This document shows positions 62,961-64,000 of a stretch of DNA of 64,000 nucleotides, piece by piece. Both the position numbers and the translations under genes were made by a program. The DNA comes from Ancylonema sp. Taxonomy: Eukaryota. The notes beneath the pieces were generated by a model. That model saw nothing but the letters and a program-made list of their open reading frames with translations. It did no database searches and had not been told where the DNA came from. Location of the stretch: the NCBI GenBank assembly GCA_050230475.1, contig JBFLGF010000152.1, positions 1 through 64,000 on the forward strand, given 5' to 3'. Position 1 is the first letter of the stretch. Each line of letters opens with the position of its first letter.

Positions 62961-64000
62961 TCACTCAGGTGCAGAAGACAGTCGTAGCTCCGTTGAAGGC
63001 TCCTCACTTCTCCTTCGTGTCCGTTTCCGCGACCTCTCATCTTCCTGCAACCACCAAACAGGGTAGCATGACTGTCAGACCCAAAACAGTAGTGCTCCTC
63101 ACAAATATATGAATCGTAGGTCTGCCCTGTCCTGTCTATTGCCCGACCCAAACCCCACCCACCTGTGCCTCCTGCCCCTCGTTCAAGTCGGGTAAATCCT
63201 GCGTCCCTCTCTGCCGCTCTTCCTGCTCCTCTCTCCTAGGCACAGCAGCAGCCATCGACCCCCCTGCCCCCGTCTGGTTTGACCGCTCTTGGGCTGCAGA
63301 TCCCCCCGCGGGGCCTCCCCGGATGTGGGGAGCAAACGATTCTGCTGTGGAGTTTGCGTCGTCTGTCTCCCTGGGAGCCTCCTGCCCAATGAGAGGCCGC
63401 CCCTGCACCCGGCTCTGCTGCTTGGCAGCCAGGGCTACTGAGGAGGGAGGAGGGGCAGAGGCAGCCAGAGCCTCGTCACTGATCGCCAGGGGCTGCACCC
63501 GCGTCCCTTCCTTGGAAGAGTCCTCTGGTGAGGGAGGCTGCACCCCATCCTCGCCCTCCCTGCAGCTGGGGCTCCCCCGCATGATGGACTCCGCTGCTTC
63601 CACTGCGTTGGGGCTGGGCATGGTGGGCACCATCTGGTCCCGGCGGGAGCTGCCCCCTGACTTCAGCTCTGAGCCCTGCGGCCGCACCATGGCGCGGTGG
63701 ACGCGCATCGTCTGGTGCCCCCTCCCCCCGGTCCCCTGCACCTCCATGGTCTCCCCCAGCCCCTCCTCCACCCCCGTCTTCCGGGCTGCTATCAGGGCTG
63801 ACTCCCGCTCCCACATCAGAGCCAGCGCGTCCTGCAGCCTCTCTCGCGCTATCGCCACCTGGACAATGGGGCGAGGGTAGTTCACCCCGAGCTCCACCCC
63901 TGCGGCTCGGAGGACTCGGGGGGGGGCGTCCCAAGGGTGGTGGATCCACTCGGTCGGGACGCGGGACAACTCAGGCAGCCACCGGCGGACGTACTCCCCG
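62961..64000 (-). CDS. CRY: Plant cryptochrome, 3' portion (gene continues beyond the window)
   Basis: End of the FAD-binding domain EYVRRWLPELSRVPTEWIHHPWDAP..LGVNYPRPIV, then DAS elements DQMVP and STAES. A basic last exon (RKRTRRR) is conserved in the duplicate. Confidence 0.93.

Larger units (their letters stand above)
55437..63252. repeat. Head-to-tail tandem duplication, units 55437-59328 and 59330-63252
   Basis: Collinear through coding, intronic and intergenic DNA, with many substitutions and small indels. Confidence 0.95.

Overview
Eukaryotic nuclear DNA with short GT-AG introns and plant-type genes, several with plastid transit-peptide-like N-termini. The gene set and compactness suggest a green plant, most likely a streptophyte alga; this is inference, not identification. 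Genes in order: YGGT/YLMG1 (+); eIF4E (-, 5' end lost at an N at 4309); TAF1B/Rrn7 (-); lumazine synthase (+); a pseudogenised two-domain GT2-like glycosyltransferase resembling fungal proteins (-); two-domain D-Ala-D-Ala ligase (-); a RING-vWA pseudogene (+); GGPP synthase (-); SRP54 (+); TOP6A/SPO11-3 (-); NBAS/MIP2 (+); a divergent UBA1-like E1 (-); fragments of an RLE-type non-LTR retrotransposon; two START/SRPBCC cyclase-family genes (-); and the 3' part of a cryptochrome (-). The structure is unusual. There is a near-identical, block-scrambled (C-B-A) copy of the glycosyltransferase locus. Three diverged head-to-tail duplications (1.4-3.9 kb) each cut through a gene. Several genes carry inactivating lesions, and many short repeats have a 7-bp period. 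All family assignments come from motif recognition, not database searches. Identities are eyeballed, and several structures could be assembly artefacts.
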